In this document: in pieces, positions 11,919-26,300 of the stretch
Layout: each line of letters opens with the position of its first letter
Position numbering within the stretch: position 1 is the first letter of the stretch
Source of the DNA: Klebsormidium nitens
Taxonomy: Eukaryota; Plantae; Klebsormidiophyceae
Reading direction: 5' to 3'
DNA: 64,000 nucleotides
Assembly (NCBI GenBank): GCA_000708835.1
Contig: DF237165.1
Span: 62,001-126,000, forward strand
Position numbers and translations under genes: made by a program
The notes under the pieces: model-generated
The model's database searches: none
The model's input: only the letters and a program-made list of their open reading frames with translations
What the model was told of the DNA's origin: nothing

Positions 11919-14008
11919 TCGAGCTCGTGCGTTGAGAGCCCGCACCGACGGCCCGAGAACCTTCTTCGTCATCCCGAGCGCACCTTCGTCTTAATTCTGG
12001 GACGAAGGGACCGACTGTACATTTGTGGATTGTATAGTACTGACGTAGGGCAATGCAAGTGCGTGGCTATTAACGTAGTGGGGAAACGTAGGAGTCGTGG
12101 ATTAATTCCAGAAACTAATCGTCCAGTGTGTTTCATTTCACGTAGACTTGGCCTGTACTAGGGGGCCAGCCAGATTGTGCAGCAGTAGATTCGTGGATTG
12201 TACAGAATGTCCGACGCCGGCTCTGTTGTTTGTAAGCACTTGAGGGCTGCAGATAGGCTGCAGGTCCCCGTAGCCACTGAGAGGAGAATCGTGCGGGCCT
12301 CTTATGACGACGTCAGACACGACGTCCAGGTTCGAAACGCGTTGCCACTTCGGTCGTTCAGCTAGGCGTCCCGTGTTTTTGAATTAGTCCCATTGAATTG
12401 AGGTACAGTCTGGACGTACAGAAGGTAGGTGGATTGCTACGGGTACACCAAAAGACGGAACTTCGAGGCCGATGGCGACTTACTTTACGACTTTTGCTTG
12501 TGATTGGTTCGACTCAGTAGGAAACTAGCAAACCTTAATGCCTTTATCAGGACGGTCCGTTTGTCACATTCAGAGCTAGTCGCGTTATTGTGACGTTTTT
12601 CTCCAGACCGGGATTCCTGGAAACAAACTTGAAAGCCGAATTCTATGTGATTTGATGGTTCATGCTTGGCGCGGCGCGCAGGTCCACATGGCACAGTACT
12701 CAGTACGCGAATCCGCAATCTCGCTAGATTATCTATAGCAGAAGCAGAAGGTATTTGAAACTAATCAGGCCGGGGCCGGAGTGTGGAAGGCTTCAATCCA
12801 CACTGGACAGCGCCTAGATAAAATCGACGAAGATACTTTCGACCCAAAATTGGATTCCGTAGACCCCCAACCGCGCGGATCTTCTACCTTCCCGGTCTTG
12901 AGTCCAGGGATCATGCAGGCCCTGTGGCCGCGGCCCTACCGGCTTGCAACATCTAAACATACCTACCGCGCTAGGTCGGGCAATATAGCTTTAGCTATGT
13001 CGGGCTCAGCCGCGGCCTTCTGATGCACATGTGGCTGAGGTCAGTGCAAGCGCCGAAAAGAACTAGCATCCGCATGCACCCTTTAAGCGCGGGTAGCTGA
13101 GATAAATCTCGCGCGGGATACTTACTTACTAGTTGATTAGCAACTATCACCCATGCCAACTGTTGCACACAAAGTTCGAGAAGCAGCACTATGCAGCATC
13201 AACGTCATTGAACGATCTTATAAGTGACTGCAGTGGATTCCTAATGAACTGCAGTACATACTGCATGGAGCGCCTGCACCGTGCCTTTCATGTACAGTTT
13301 CCTTACCGAGACGGGTAGCAAACACACCGCTTGTATATCGACCAGATGAACAAGTATGACTATGTGAATACCAAGAGCGCACCCGCTCTACAATACGTTG
13401 CCACAACCACACAGGAATTTTCTGCCAAGGCCGTCCTGGCCTTTCTTGATAACTGGCGATCCAAGTTATGAGAAGAATGTTCGGATCCCGCCCAATTTAT
13501 AGGTCCGGGAATCACTCTATAAAGTTCGAAAGCTAATTCTAAGACTCAGAATGCTTCTATCGAATGCAGTCAGTTATTTTTAAACTAATTCAAACAAACA
13601 TTACAGACTCCTACGTTATCTGCAGCATTGATATATCTAAACATGCAAAATCATTATTCTAGCATTATTCTAAGTCTTAGTCTTCGATCTTCGTCTTCAG
13701 AGGTTCGAAAGTAGGTCACGACACCCTGGTAGCGACACCCCTCTGGAAGCTTCGAATCATCATATGCTATGCACGACCATCTGCTATGTGCAATATCCCT
13801 GAAAATCCTGCGAGGATCACGCTCTTTGTGCATGCGATCCCATGGAATGTCTTGGAATGGTCCTATACTTGAGCGCCACACTAGCTATATCTGAAGTACC
13901 AACACTGCTTGCAAGGCCGACACACTCTCGGACCTCAGCATTTACGGTCTGTGCCTTAACAACGGCTTTCTCCGCAGCAAGGCAATACCTTCTCCGAAGA
14001 CCAGAAAG

Positions 14009-17000
14009 TTACATACTTCTATACGTGTTTGCAAAGAGTGCTTCTTTGGAGTTCGCCCGATTCAGTCCGGTATCACTGGGCGCTCCCAGTTCCCCTTCTT
14101 TGTTGGCCGCATCTGCAACGGCGTCCCCTCCGTGTACAAGCTCAGCAAAAAGGTGCGTTTGGGAGGGGTACGAATCTGGGGGCCCGGGGGCCATACCGTA
14201 ATCCGGTGGCTCTTCATCTAATGAGCCCGACACGTTGGACATGTCAATTCTGTACTCTTTCTTTTCTATCTGTTCTAACAAGGCCATGACTTGACTCATC
14301 TTGGGCCTCTGCCCGGCCGCCCTCCTGACGCACGTGAATGCCACTTCCGCGACTTGGAGGAGCTCGTCCTTCGGAATGGACTCTGCCGGGTCGCCCAAGT
14401 CGCCAATCCGGCCAGCTTGCGCCAGCGTCTTGGCCTGCCGAACCACAAAGTTTTCTCAATGTGAGGCAGACTAGAGATTTAAATTCGACGGCTTTGGTCT
14501 CGAAGCTCGACTCGTTGGGAAAGAAGTCAAGCACAACATTCAACATGAACATGAACACGTGCAGACTGCACGCTGCTTCAAGAAAGCATTTGAACCTCTG
14601 CCAGCTGGCATGGCATTTGCACCTCTTTATAGATGGCACTCATGCTCAGACGGATACTGCAGGGTACACTTCCGCTTACACACACTCTTTGCGTCGAAGT
14701 ACGTTGCATCCCGGCCAATCTGGGCGAAGGGCACGTATATTCACAGGGATTGATAAAGTACAGTCTGTCACAATGCGTGCTCTTACCCAGTCGACCAAGT
14801 TGACCGCGTCTGGCGTGCGCGAGGTGTCAACGGCTTTGCGCCCCGTGATGAGCTCTAGCAACACCACCCCGAAGCTGTACACGTCGCTCTTCTCCGTCAG
14901 CTGGCCGGACATGGCGTACCTGCAAATAGATTGTTGGCGATTCTGAAGTGTCCCTGCAACAATGAACGGCCTTTAACATGGAATCCAATGTCACCTTAGA
15001 ACCAGAAGCTCGTAGCCTTTTACGCAGGAAAAGTATTATGACCAGGACCCCCTTTTACAATCTCCAAAGATCCAGCAACGCTTAGCTGCATAGGAAGCAG
15101 AAGGGAAACGAAACGACTGGTCATCGCGCCTCTTCGAGAGTGACCTCAAAGCTCAAAGCAGGGCTCTATTTTCCAGGAAATAAGTCCCAGACCTCAAATA
15201 AGAGTGTTCCTTGCAAACGCACGCTTCCCATCAATCAAGCGAGTCGTGAGAAAAATCGGTCGGGACGCGCGCCGTGCGGCTCAGGCCTTGGTTAACTTCA
15301 GAATCCTGAATACATTCAACTCACTCTGGCGCAAGGTAGCCGAAGGTGCCGATGACTCGCGTGGTGACGTGCGTCTCGTCAAGGCCGCTGAGGCGCGCCA
15401 GCCCGAAGTCGGCCACCTTAGCCTGCAGCCGCTCGTCCAGCAAGATGTTGCTCGACTTGACGTCGCGGTGGATCTGCAACAGAGCACGCACGCGGAGCGG
15501 GGTTACGCTCAGACGCTGCTACTCTGAGTGCACGAGAAGCAGCTAATTGGGTTACGCTGAGAGTTGGGTAAGGTTTCGTCAGCACTGCTTCTGTTGTCAC
15601 CAAAGACAGAATCCTTCGTCGGAGCCTGGTCGGTAAACCTCAATACCGACACATATTACCGCAAGTGGTCGGCGTCCTGCGGATTGGAGAAAGACTTGCA
15701 CGACTTGCTGAAGCACGGAGTCGCACTTACAATTCTTGGACTGCAGTCTTCGTGCAGGTAGGCCAGCCCCCGTGCTGAGTCCACCGCAATGCGCAGCCGC
15801 GTCGCCCACGGCATCACCTGCTCTCGCGCACGCTCACCTGATCCAACAGAAGCGACGTGCGTTAGAGCCGTTGTCGGACACAACTAAAGATGTTGTATTG
15901 GAGCGAAAGATTACTGGGAAAGATGATGAAACCACGAGCTTGAGCCACCAGGGCTGTAGGGCGGTTTAATACCAGTAGTTTCCGAGTGTTGCGAGTTAAC
16001 CTTTCGAGCAGGTTGCATCACGCCAAGGTAAAAGTGCCAATCAGATGATCAGCTCGTGCACGCAGAACGTTATCACGAAGGATATGCTCGCAATCCTTCG
16101 GCAGCGAGAAATCTAAACGAGTTTCATAAGGATCAAGGGGGGGAGGCGGCCGCTGACCAAAGAGGTGGGAGTCGAGCGAGCCGTTGGGCAGGTAGTCGTA
16201 GACAAGGAGTCGCTTGGCGCCCTCGGAGCAGCATCCGCGCAGGCGCACCACGTTGCGGTGGCGCACGCTGCTGATAATGTCCACCTCGCTCCGAAACTCG
16301 CGCTCGCCCTGGCTGCGCGCGCTGCCCAGCCGCTTCACCGCCACCACGTCCCCGCCCTTCAACACACCTTTGTACACGTGACCAAACCCGCCTGCGCATG
16401 AAAGACTCAACTTCAAAAATTGCCGGCTATGAAAGTTTTGGAGTTTAAGCATAACTGAAGCACAGTAAAGACCAGAGCAAGTAGAGCCTTGTCAGGCCCG
16501 ATTACAAACGATACTCCCAACAACGAGTTGTCGGATGCACATCGTGCAAAGACGGCTGACAGAGAAACCTGGCTTCTGGCACGCGTTTTTGTCTCATGCG
16601 ACCTTGCCCGGTCGTCTCGTCAGTACGAGATTTCCAGGCATACTCGAATGCAGGAACAGGTGCAAAATGCCCAATCAACTCGGCTGCTCCGGCTTCTGCT
16701 TGGCCGAGCACCTAGTTCCTTCTCTCACAAGGTCAAAGAAGGCGCGCACCTTCCCCCAGGATGTTGTCCTCGCTGAACTGGCCAGTCGCGCGGCTGAGCT
16801 CGCGGTAGCTGTACACGTCCCAGCGCTTGTTGGGCAGCGCCACACCGAGGGGCCGGGCCGCACTGCCCAGCAGGGGGCCGCGGCTGGACGGCAGCGGGAG
16901 CAGCGCGGCAGCTGGGCAAACAACAATCAGGTTATGCATAACATTTTATTGGTCTGTGTTTGGCACTGTTGTCTCCTTCACATTTTTATCGGTTTGCTGT

Positions 17001-20000
17001 CTGGCGCGCCACCTTGACGTGGTGGAAGCTGCGGAAATGCATGCGTCTGCTGGAACTGAGCGGACTGAGTTGGGTTCGGTCAAGCGGACAAGATTTAGGG
17101 CAGAGCTGTAGAAAAGATATACCCAACTGACCAAGATGGTTCGTACGAATTTTCAAAAAGACTGCTTCCCTAGAGGACTCCATAATAACTCCCTTTTAGA
17201 AGCACGCATAGGCACACTATGCGTGCTCGCTCCACACTTTTGCAGGAAGTCTTCACTGGTCTTTGCAATCATCTGATAAAGGCACACGGTCCGGCTCTGC
17301 TCCTAACTCATAAAGACTCGGCTCTGCCGCAGTATCTCTCCCGCTCACCTCCCTTGCTGGTTGGCGATGCCACGTCATTAAGCCCCCGTCGCCGCCGCCA
17401 CACCAGGAACGCGCCCCCCGCGATCACGAGCACCATCGCCAGAAGCACGCCCACCACGATGCCCGCCGTCGTCCCTGAGTCGGACCCACCTCCACCGCCC
17501 CTGCCTATGCCATCTGCACGGCAAGTTGATGAGCTGAGAAAAGACGACACGGAAGGCAAATCAAAATTTCTTTGCCCTGACTGTATCTTTATGGAGATCT
17601 GCAGCCTGCCAGTCGTTTTGAGGGGCGCGGAGCACTCATGTGACCGAGCAGGCTATAGCACGCTGGATGACGTGGCAAAGGGCGAGTAGTCTTGCTACCT
17701 GTGCTGAAAAACCTAACAAGAGAATCCTTAAGCAGGCCCTGAGTTTCTTTGATTGATACTCCACTGATCAAGAAGCAGGGGAAACGGAACGGAAGCACAG
17801 ACCTGGTGCCATATAATTTCGTGCTGAAAGTGTGCGACGTCCGTCTTTTGTGTTCCGCTGGCATAACAAAAGCACGAAAGGAGATTTGTACCTGGGGGCG
17901 GTGGCATGCCTGGAGGGCCAATAGGGCTCGTCTCTGGAGATGGAGGGGAGGAGCCGTCGGAGCAGAGGGGCAGGCCTGGCGCTCCGCACAGGCCGCGGTT
18001 GTTGCTGACACTGTTTCAAAAACAGCGGTGCGTCAGGGTTGGCTTTAGCACTTCAAGAGCACACTCGCTCACTTTGAGCTCGTTGAGAATTACGCGACTA
18101 TGAACATATGCAACCAACCCTCAGACACAGACCGGGTAGCATATTCTGAAGCTGCAAGAATGTGACCAAGGCTCTTCGTGAAGAGGGTCGACAATGAAAG
18201 AATGAACCAAAGAAGGCCTCGAGGACCAACTTCGCTGGTCTCACTAACTTCGGATTCACAGACACTCTGAACGATTCTGAAAATTAGACCCAGCAGATGA
18301 ACCGTTCTGGTGTGCTCACTTGAGGAACGGGATGGTGAGCAGGCTGGCGGGCACCGCTTGCGTCAAATAGTTGCTGCTGATGTCCAGCGTCTGCAGCGCC
18401 CCCCCCCGGTTGAGGCCCGCCGGGATGCTCCCCGAGTAGCCATTGTTATTGAGGCGCACGGTGCGCAAGCGCGGTAGCGTGCCTAGAAACGCCGGCAGTA
18501 GCCCGCTCAGCTGGTTGTACCCTGCCGTGCTGCACAGCAACGGAAATTCAGTAAGGATGCAGCGGACGAGAGCTAATGTATAGCCACTGTACTCCTGACC
18601 GGTGGTGAGTCTGATGTGCCTGTGTTGCTCGCCCGTTTCATCCGCTTTCGATTGAGACAGGGGATTCCAAAATGAACCCTCTGTTCAGTTGATCCGTCAA
18701 CAACTGCAAGATGCGACTATTCTGTCGAAGTGTCACCAGGAGGCGAGCCGCACTTCACACACGCGCTCTTGCTACAGACGCAGACTGAAACATCTGGTCC
18801 AACGTCAATGCCTGGCTTGTTAGTCCAAACTCAAAAGCGTCCGACAGTGGGCATACCAGTCCCGGAATCATCAGAACTCTGGGCGCTTGGACCCCACTCA
18901 TTTGAGGGACTGAGTACAGAAACCAAGACCCTGATGCAAGCTGCGCACATGAGAGGTTTCGTTCTTTAATGATGTGCTCTCACACTGTATGAAAGTCGAA
19001 CTAGGTCCATGTGACACAATGCATCGATCGGTCTCACTGCAAGCCACAACATTCAACCTAAGTACCTATATCCTGGTACAACGTCTTCAGACGAAGTAGG
19101 ACGGAAAGGGTAAAGCGACGGAAAGGCGGAGGGGTATTGCACTTACAGAGTTTCGAGGTTGACCAGGTTGGCGAAGGTGGAGGGCAGGTTGTTGAATAGC
19201 GAATTGTGTTCCTGCACAGTCGGATACAAAGGGTCGTCCACGTTGAACCAAGAGGAGCCCGGCTGAAACCGTAGACGCTGCTTGATTTACATGTCCACAG
19301 ACTGCACAGACTGCCCAATTTCTCGATGGTGCTGTTCACCTTCAACTTCTAATAGACAGGAACCAATCTCCAAACTCATCATCGTGGAGATGGGCCAGTC
19401 AAAACCAGGGGTGAAATGAAAAGCGGTCTAAAGTGAAATTGTAAGGTCGCTCCATATATTCTCGCATGCATATCCGCATATATACTCAAGGCCCTGAGCG
19501 CGGGCTTACCAGGGTCAAGGTGACAAGGGCACTCAAGTTGCCAAATGAGTCGGGGACCTGCACATTCAGTCTGATGTAATTGAGAGGGGGATCGCTTTTC
19601 GAAGGCAACAGAGGAGCATAAAGATTCAGGCCGCTTTACCAATAAGGAAGGCCCCAAGTTCGAAGTCAGAAGTCCAAGCTGCCTTTCGTCGGACCCTAGA
19701 AACTGGACCGCTTTCCTCTTTTGTGAAGGGGCATGGTGGCTTTGTCAGTTCCACCTGACGTTGCTTCATTGATTCTCCGCTCATAATCAGAGTTCAACTT
19801 CTGGCTCGACAATTCTCTTCAGCTTTCAGTGCTCAGTAGCTAAGAAAGCACCCCATACAGCTCAAATCGTGTTGGGCAGAATCAGAGGGAATATCAGAGG
19901 GTACAGAGCTGGTAAAATAACTGACCGGTCCTTGGAACTGGTTGTTGTCAAGGAGGAGCGTGGTGCAACGGGAGAGCTGGCCGAGTGTGGACGGGAGGGC

Positions 20001-22249
20001 CCCCGTCAGCTGAAGGTTGCCGCTCACAGAGCTGCAGGCAAAGCAGTGGTCTCAGGCGTCACAACGCATGCTCAAGGTACCGTCCGATTATATGATAAGA
20101 CTTGGAGCTTGTCCAATATCGAAAGGCGGCAGTCACAGCAACTGTGTTGCCGTGTAAAGATCAGGCTCAGCTTTCAGAAATGGATTACTTCGAAGTAGAG
20201 GGCAAAAGTAGCTTTCTTCCTGACTGCACCATGACGGTGCAATCTCATATCAAGGAAACAGCAAAAGCGGCGAGAACAAATTTGGGCACAAGGGTAGGGC
20301 AGACTCACAAATAGGTGAGCGTACTGAGGCTGCCCAGGGCACTGGGAAACTGGCCAGAGAACCCGTTGAATGAAAGATCACTGCACAGAGACACGAGCAC
20401 CGTGACCAGTTGCTCAAAGCTTGAGGAGGTCGGGGGGATGCAGCGCACTGAGAATGCAGGTTACGGCGCACCAAGCATCTTACGCACTCGCCTTGCGGAA
20501 AAAAGGGCAGATTGTAACGTGCGGGCAAAATAAGGACACACATGATTGGGGTGAAGGGATCGGAGTGCACTTACAGGTAGCTAAGGGCACGCAAACTTCC
20601 CAACTCCGCAGGGATGCTCCCCGTTAATAGGTTGCCCCGCAGGTCGCTGCAACCAGTGAACAAGCAGCTGTAAGTGCGGTGATGCATTGGACGACGGCGC
20701 CTCCAACTTATTGTCTACAAGTACCCTGAAAGAGTGATGTCATATGATATGGCCAATTGAACAAACACTGGACGCCTGCGCTTCGAACAGTTGCCCAGCG
20801 CCCCGTAGATTCTCTTTGTGAAAGCTAGCGGCTGAATAAGAAAGGTCAGCCCCGGAGCTCGCATAAACTTACAATGGATTTGTTAGTCATTGCAGGTTGA
20901 AGTCCCCAGCTACATAGCCTGATGGCTTGAGACATGCACTGATTGATTGACAGACCGACCAGAACTTGATGGAAGATAAGGCCGAAATTTAGAAGGTAAC
21001 CGATTGCCAGCTAAGCTAAATGCAAGAGGACAGGTGGCAACTTACAGGGTCTGCAGATTAGTGAGCTGGCCAAAGGAGCTGGGAATGCTGGATGCAAGGC
21101 TGTTGTTGGCCAGCTGCAAGCGTTGTAGCGCCCCCAGGTTGCCCAGCCCAGGAGTGAGTGGCCCAGACAAGTCCAGACTGTCTAGTACGCTGTAGGAGGG
21201 GAAAATTTGAGGAATCGAATTGTGACATAGCATTGTGGATGCAATTTCGTCACACAAGCCTGGTATTTGAGTGCGACGCTATGCGTCCACCAGACGAGGT
21301 CAGACCTCCCATTCTGAAGCATAGCAAGGATGCAACTGAATGCAAAGTGCGGCACAGCTTCTCAAAAACTTTGTGTTGAGGATGGGGCAACCGGCTGCGA
21401 CACCACTGGCCAGGTGATTGAGAAGTAGCATTGCTTACAGCTGCACAATCCGGAGGCCAGAGCATGTGACCCCCAGCCAGGCTTGGCCTGGAACACAGGG
21501 ATCTCCTACAGCCTCGGACCAGGACGCCACCACCTGGGGGTTCTTAAGGCCCCACTTGAACTCAAGCAATGCGGCACCTGCCAACACCAGGCTCCGCGTC
21601 AGAGGGGCTTGAGCCTTGATGCGCTCAACACAAAGCAGCACGAAGTGAATGGGTTGACTCGAGTCATTTTGCAAAACCGTTCACCATCAAGTCCCAGGCT
21701 TGCCATGAGCCGAACAACTCGAAGATGCACACCTCATAGGGACATCATTGACAACACCCTGATGTGCAATTCCTTTGGATAACTAGAGTTAGCACACGCA
21801 GCTCATCAAATGCGGACTGGCACATTGCATTGCAGCAAAGAATGCAACGTATAGATGAATGAGCAGCTATGTACAGTTCCACGACCCCACCAGGATTGAC
21901 TGGTGGCAGCAGGTTACTATCAAGAACGCCTTTGTTTTGACTCTTTGAGAACAATTGTTGTCTAGGGCAACATTAAAACACAGATAAATGCACTGTATGT
22001 TGGTTACAGCTACTCCAAGCCAATTGTAGAACGGTCGATATGAGGGGAACCAGAAAAGTAAGCGACTGATGATAACAACGGAGCGGTCCTTTCAAGCTCC
22101 TTTGCCTTCGGCCTTGCACCAATGCTGCATCACTTCACCAAGAGGTAATACTCACCGTCCCCCGGATCCGCCTTCAATGTCCTCAGCAACAGGAGGACAA
22201 TAATGCCGAGGAGTGCACCGCGGGCATGGGCAGCACACAGAAGCGCCAT
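14009..22249 (-). CDS. Leucine-rich-repeat receptor-like kinase (signal peptide, LRRNT, ~10 LRRs, Pro/Gly linker, TM helix, RD kinase, acidic tail); 17 exons, ~814 aa
   Basis: Exons (minus strand): 22249-22156, 21577-21439, 21189-21046, 20646-20575, 20380-20309, 20031-19926, 19557-19510, 19211-19147, 18529-18320, 18010-17892, 17513-17349, 16911-16750, 16391-16158, 15837-15731, 15473-15325, 14919-14787, 14434-14009. All introns are GT-AG and phases are consistent (2445 nt). Motifs: [24 protein letters not shown]...GDPC....WLGVTC, LxLxxNxLxGxIP repeats, [98 protein letters not shown]. Confidence 0.93.
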
Positions 22250-23363
22250 GTCGATGATGAGGCACTCTGGGACCAAACCCTAATGATGGTACCAAGCTAA
22301 GCTCCTCCCTTTGGTTGCCTGCACTGGCTTTGAGTGACACCTTGACAAGGTGTCACTCTTCAGACGCCACCGGGGCCGCATCAGTGACATCATCTGACAC
22401 TTAGTGGCTGGCCCAAAGATCGCCCCTTTCTTACCCTGCAGAAGGTTGCGTTGGAGTGCCAAGCAGATCAAACCATATCAGTATTATTAACAGCAACAGA
22501 AGGATCGAATCGGAGGGCTTCAGAGCAGCTTCATAAGATTCAGAATGGATGTACTCCGTTCATTACTATTGTTGCTCTACCTTGGAAGTGTGCCTTTTGC
22601 GTGAGGCAGTTTACGCTCATACCTGACATCTCAAAGACGCTGCATTTCATTACCCAGTATGGCTGGCAGAGCACCCGCATCTTGCTGATCCACCAAAATC
22701 AACAGAGCATAGGTGGCCTCCTTGGAACTCTCGCCCCAGTGTAGAGCTCTAGAGAGGAAATGTGAGACAAGGCGACTGATCCAGCCGCCAGCGCCCATGA
22801 GGCTGATGTGGCTGTGGGCCGTGGCCCGTGGCAACGGGCGTCTACGGTAGCTGCCCCATGTGTATTTCCGGCGACATCCAAATAATCGATTACGACTCCA
22901 TGTCGCTGCAGATTCAAGTGCACGTGGGATTTGAGCGACTCCAAAGGTAGGATTTGGGGCATCCGGTCGCCGTGTGCACGACGCCCTTGGAACTCGTGAG
23001 AGTGTCGTGCGCAGCTGAGCAGTATGGTCAGCAATAAGAACTGAGGGTTAAAGCATTGGTTAGTATGGGAACGAAGGCCTTGTTCTACACCTTCCCGCAA
23101 ACACATGCGGCACAACGTGTCCAGTGGAGGTTTGTGGCCCAGAGCTGTGTCACTTGAAAGCCGCTTGGTTTAACATCCAAGGTTAATCCTTAAACAAGAA
23201 GCTAGTGGCTCAAATTCAGGGGGAGCTCCGAGATCAGAACTCTGCATTTCCGATGAAATGCACCTTGGAGGCGAAGACGATGACAGGCGCGATATCATTC
23301 CACCTACACTAGCCTCATGGGAATGGCTTGATTTGGTCGCAAGAGCAAAGTGTGCAGGGCAAG

Positions 23364-26300
23364 ATGACAGGGCCCCAGGTGGCGACCGTTGGTGAGGGCA
23401 CAAGGTGGACAGGGGCTCACATGGCTTGTCTGATCATGACAGAGGTCGACCAGGTGATTGCGATGATGAGGCAGGACGCACAGTGGGCTGATGTTCCAAG
23501 GAACCTGGTAAGCTTTGCGCCTTTGCCATATCAGTGCTTCAAACGCGGGATGATGACAAAGGGAGAGTCCTGTGTTTTTGGAGGAAGTATGTGGGTACTG
23601 AAGATTGTCCATTGGTTTTGACGCCAAAAGTCAAGCACTTCCACCAGCTTGATGTGTCCTGCGCAATTCAAAGGGTCGGTTGGGGATTTTTTTGGAACCT
23701 GAAGCTGGCAAAACAATTCAGCCTTAAATATTTTGGTGAAGCAGAATTGTTGCTCTCTGCGCTGCTGTCGTTCAAAAGTCTCTGATTTTGGGTGGCACTT
23801 CTTGTTATCAGTTTTTAAAGACATCTCAAACTCTAGGCAGAATTCGGGCACGCTTTTGGGGTGACTACACGTTTTGCTGGAATGGAGCAGTCAACATATT
23901 GCAGTCATGTCGATGCAGAGTTGAGATTTTCGAAGCTTGTTGACTATATTGCCAACGTGTTGTGCTGCAAACGGCCAATGCGATATCCGTCGTTATTGAT
24001 TTCCTGGCCATTAAACTTCTAGAAACCCATGCCAATCTTGTTGTAATCAATGACAGTGGTCTTGGAATGATATACCGGTCTCATTCATCTTTCTTCTATC
24101 GCAGGACGAGGCTGTTTGTGGAGGCCCTTTTCTACAGGAATTCAAAGATCTAAGTAGGGACATATTCGCATGGAAACGTAAGCGATTGTGTTCCCTTATA
24201 AAAATTTCAACGTGCTGCCTTATTTACTGCTGTTACTTTGACTGCCTCATGTGTTGCATAAAAACACCAGCTTGGTCATGAGCCAATTCTGTATGCACTG
24301 AGGTTCTCTGGAACTGGTGACCAAAAGCAAGGACCGTGATTCAAGTTCTTACAGCAAAGCGGTGCCATGTGCGTGCTAGATATTCATGTGTGCACTTTAC
24401 CGGTCTCTTCCGGTACCAGCTCGTGGGAGAGACATTGACATGACCTGGACAATCCTACAAGAGTTGGATTCCTGTTTTTGTGATCGTCAGATTCCCCGTA
24501 TAATTATACTTATTCCTTACGAGTGGAAAATTGATGGGTTGATGGTGTCAGACAAATCATCCTCGGTCCAACCTTTAATTACTTCAAGAAAGACTTCGCC
24601 CCGAGAATGCTACTTGCCGCCAGCTCAGAAGTCTGCGACTAGCTTTTGCTCCTTGAAGAGTTGGCGCTGACAGCGTTTGCGTTTCTTGCAGATTGGGCGA
24701 CAGTGAAGCCCATGGACTATCTGGCCCCTTTCCTTGGGCTGATTCGCTCCAAGGAGACAAGCGCCCCTGTCACAGGAGTAGCACTCCTGGCAGTCTACAA
24801 GATAGTGACATTTGAGATGTTCCGTGAGTCCTCAAATTGGATGATTTTCTTTGTTTACTTTGACCTGATCAGATTCTGCAATAAGCTCAATTGTGCAGAA
24901 GAAACAGTCGTTGAACAAACTTGGAAGTCATGAGGGTATGTGAGAGAGCTTGTGACAAGCACTTATTTTTGACCCATTGAACTTGGAACCGAACGGTAGG
25001 ACTGTCACACCAAGGTGTAGCACAACGGAGATTCGTACTTCTTTTCCAATTTTTTGTAAGATTTTGGCTTGACTGTACAGTGTGAGAGTCTATCTGTAAT
25101 CCTTTGGACCAAATAAAGGTTTCAGCTGCTCTGTCGATTCGAGATGTAAAGACATGGCACCCATGTAACCTGAGAGTTAGTAGGTTTTGCATGTACATGG
25201 ACCAAAGAGGCTGGGCACTTTCATGTAACGAAACACAAGAAGTAAACTTTTCCGAAGACTGACATCGTGCAAATCCTTTCAGACAAGGAGTCGGTCGACG
25301 CGGCTGAGGCAATGCATCTGATCGTGGATGCGGTGACGGGCTGCGAATTCAGAGCGAGTGACCCAGCATCTGAGGAATTTGTCCTTTTGCAGATCGGACA
25401 GGTGAGCAGCGTCAATTCCTGCTGATCGTAATTCGGTGAACGTGCTGTCTTGTTCACTGAGTTAAAGCAACGCCTTCTATGTCTCCTGCCCACAAAATAA
25501 AAGCGGGAAGCGTCAAGCAACACATGGTGGGTTCCTGCCTTTGTCCACTTGAGATAGGAAATAGGAGGTACTATAATGAATGGCAGCCCAGGCGTCACTT
25601 GAAAATCGAGTGGACTAGAGTGATCATCAATTCCATTTGTGCTCTGAGTAAAAGAGAAGGAGGGTCAAGGTTGGAGGGACTGTGATCTGTCCTCGAATCA
25701 TTGATTTCGCAAAAGCGCGGTTCAAAACTTGGTCTTTGAAACTGTCCTTGTGCTCATCCAAGGAGTCAACCGCTGACGCTTCATTCTTTGCAGGTCCTGT
25801 TGGCGTGCCTCAGGTGCGGGGCGGGCCCGCTGCTGAGGAACGCTGACGTGATCAACATCATCAACACGTGCCTGCATGTGGCCTTCGCCAAAGGCAAGCT
25901 GCTGCAGCGCATGATATGCCAGACGATGCAGGATATTGTCCGTGCCATCTTCGGCAGGTGAGGCGGCTGGGACAAAAAGAAACGCGTCGTCCACTGACTT
26001 CGGTCGCAGTGCGAGGGACAAGTCCAAGGAAATGTGGTTTTCAGAATTCGTACGCAGCGTGAGGCAACAAGCTAGTGACAATTGGAAGACAGTGCTCTTT
26101 GTTGAAGCATCTCTATGGTTCGATGCGAGATGTTCACCAGATGCCCAAAGTATCTCGGTGCTTCCAACTTACGTTTAAGGTTTCTGTGCCCTCCTAGCAA
26201 GTTGCTAAATCATCACTCCTCGTCTTTCCAGGCTTCACGAATTCGGGCCCGCAGAGGATGGCCTCCCTAGAGTAGATGCCACGGATCTCGACACAGATGT

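Noticed and set aside
13654-13881. 75-aa minus-strand ORF downstream of the kinase stop
   Set aside because: It has no recognisable motif or convincing splice link and lies in the probable 3'UTR.
20400-20730. LRR-looking fragments (RNLHSQ...[10 protein letters not shown]; [10 protein letters not shown]) in RLK introns
   Set aside because: They have no compatible splice pair or 72-nt register, and the model closes in frame without them.
22699-23115. 138-aa minus-strand ORF between the RLK and GNOM copy A
   Set aside because: It has no motif and falls in the inferred 5'UTR/promoter interval.
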